IMG/VR virus record: IMGVR_UViG_2562617057_000011
Location: 1-46,003 of that record
Reading direction: 5' to 3' (one strand)
Length of the DNA stretch: 46,003 bases
Origin: a virus
Taxonomy: Duplodnaviria; Heunggongvirae; Uroviricota; Caudoviricetes
Within the stretch, counting starts at the first letter, position 1; each line of letters starts with the position of its first letter. This document shows positions 45,437-46,003 of this stretch, piece after piece. The notes under the pieces are model-generated. The model saw nothing but the letters and a program-made list of their open reading frames with translations, made no database searches and was not told where the DNA came from. The translations under genes were made by a program, and so were the position numbers.

Positions 45437-46003
45437 GTGGAAATTAAAAAAATCATTAATCCCCGTTATACCGAAAGTGGCGCAGTAGACTGTGACGTTT
45501 TTTTTGACGACAGGGACCAGGCAGTCCCCTACACAGCCACCGCTGATGATGTCGCACCGACGGGTCAGCAAATCTGGCAGGAACTGCAAAGTGGCAAATG
45601 GGGTGAGATAGCCCCATTCACTGTGACACCAGAAATGCTGGAAGCGGCCAGAGAGGCCAGACGTCAGGAAATTGAAGCATGGCGCACAGAACAGGAGGCG
45701 AAGCCGTTCACGTTTGAATGGAACGGTCGTATCTGGAATGCTGGCCCCGACTCACTGGGCCGCCTGTCCCCGGTAGTCATGCTGGCAAAATCTGTCACAG
45801 CACAAACGCATATGGCGTGGGGTGATGCCGATAATCAGCAGGTGAAACTGTCGATGCCGGAACTGGAAGAACTGGCGGCAGCAATGGTGCAGGCGCAGGT
45901 CGATCGCAATGACGAGATTTATCAACGTCAGCGGGAGATGAAGGAAGAACTGAATAACCTGGAGGATTTGGGTTCAATCCGAGCGTTTGGTATTGGCCAA
46001 TAA
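45437..46003 (+). CDS. tfa: tail fibre assembly protein (Tfa-like), 188 aa, GTG start
   Basis: Position directly after stf; GAGGAA Shine-Dalgarno before GTG 45437; stop at 46001-46003 at the window edge. Confidence 0.7.
   Translation: MEIKKIINPRYTESGAVDCDVFFDDRDQAVPYTATADDVAPTGQQIWQELQSGKWGEIAPFTVTPEMLEAAREARRQEIEAWRTEQEAKPFTFEWNGRIWNAGPDSLGRLSPVVMLAKSVTAQTHMAWGDADNQQVKLSMPELEELAAAMVQAQVDRNDEIYQRQREMKEELNNLEDLGSIRAFGIGQ

Overview
The whole window is a single lambdoid (lambda-like siphovirus) prophage in an enterobacterial (E. coli/Shigella-like) background. It begins at the integrase end, so attL should lie just left of position 1, and runs to the tail-fibre assembly gene at the right edge. 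Order: int-xis; a leftward early operon of accessory genes (truncated beta-clamp homolog, KilA-N/antirepressor-like protein, SPFH lipoprotein plus small membrane protein, several small unknown ORFs) interrupted by a complete 1264-bp IS3-family element; the cI/cro immunity switch with shared operator repeats; a rightward early region with Rha-family genes and an opposite-strand toxin-antitoxin-like pair; replication genes (initiator with internal iterons, DnaC-like loader, DnaB-like helicase); Q-like antiterminator; an AT-rich two-gene island; a beta-class DNA methyltransferase with an in-frame stop at codon 6; three tRNA genes; lysis cassette (phage-21-type pinholin, extra gene, SAR endolysin, Rz/Rz1); cos; and a lambda-collinear head and tail module (Nu1, A, W, B, C, D, E, FI, FII, Z, U, V, G/T, H, M, L, K, I, J, lom, stf, tfa). 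The most unusual signal is non-coding: three tandem units (about 11376-12670) of a structured RNA leader upstream of Rha-family genes, each with an intrinsic terminator, a tetraloop hairpin and a pseudoknot-like pair of helices next to the ribosome-binding site, all maintained by compensatory base changes between copies. All protein assignments are from motif recognition and recalled homolog sequences, not from a database search. No CRISPR array and no stx genes were found.
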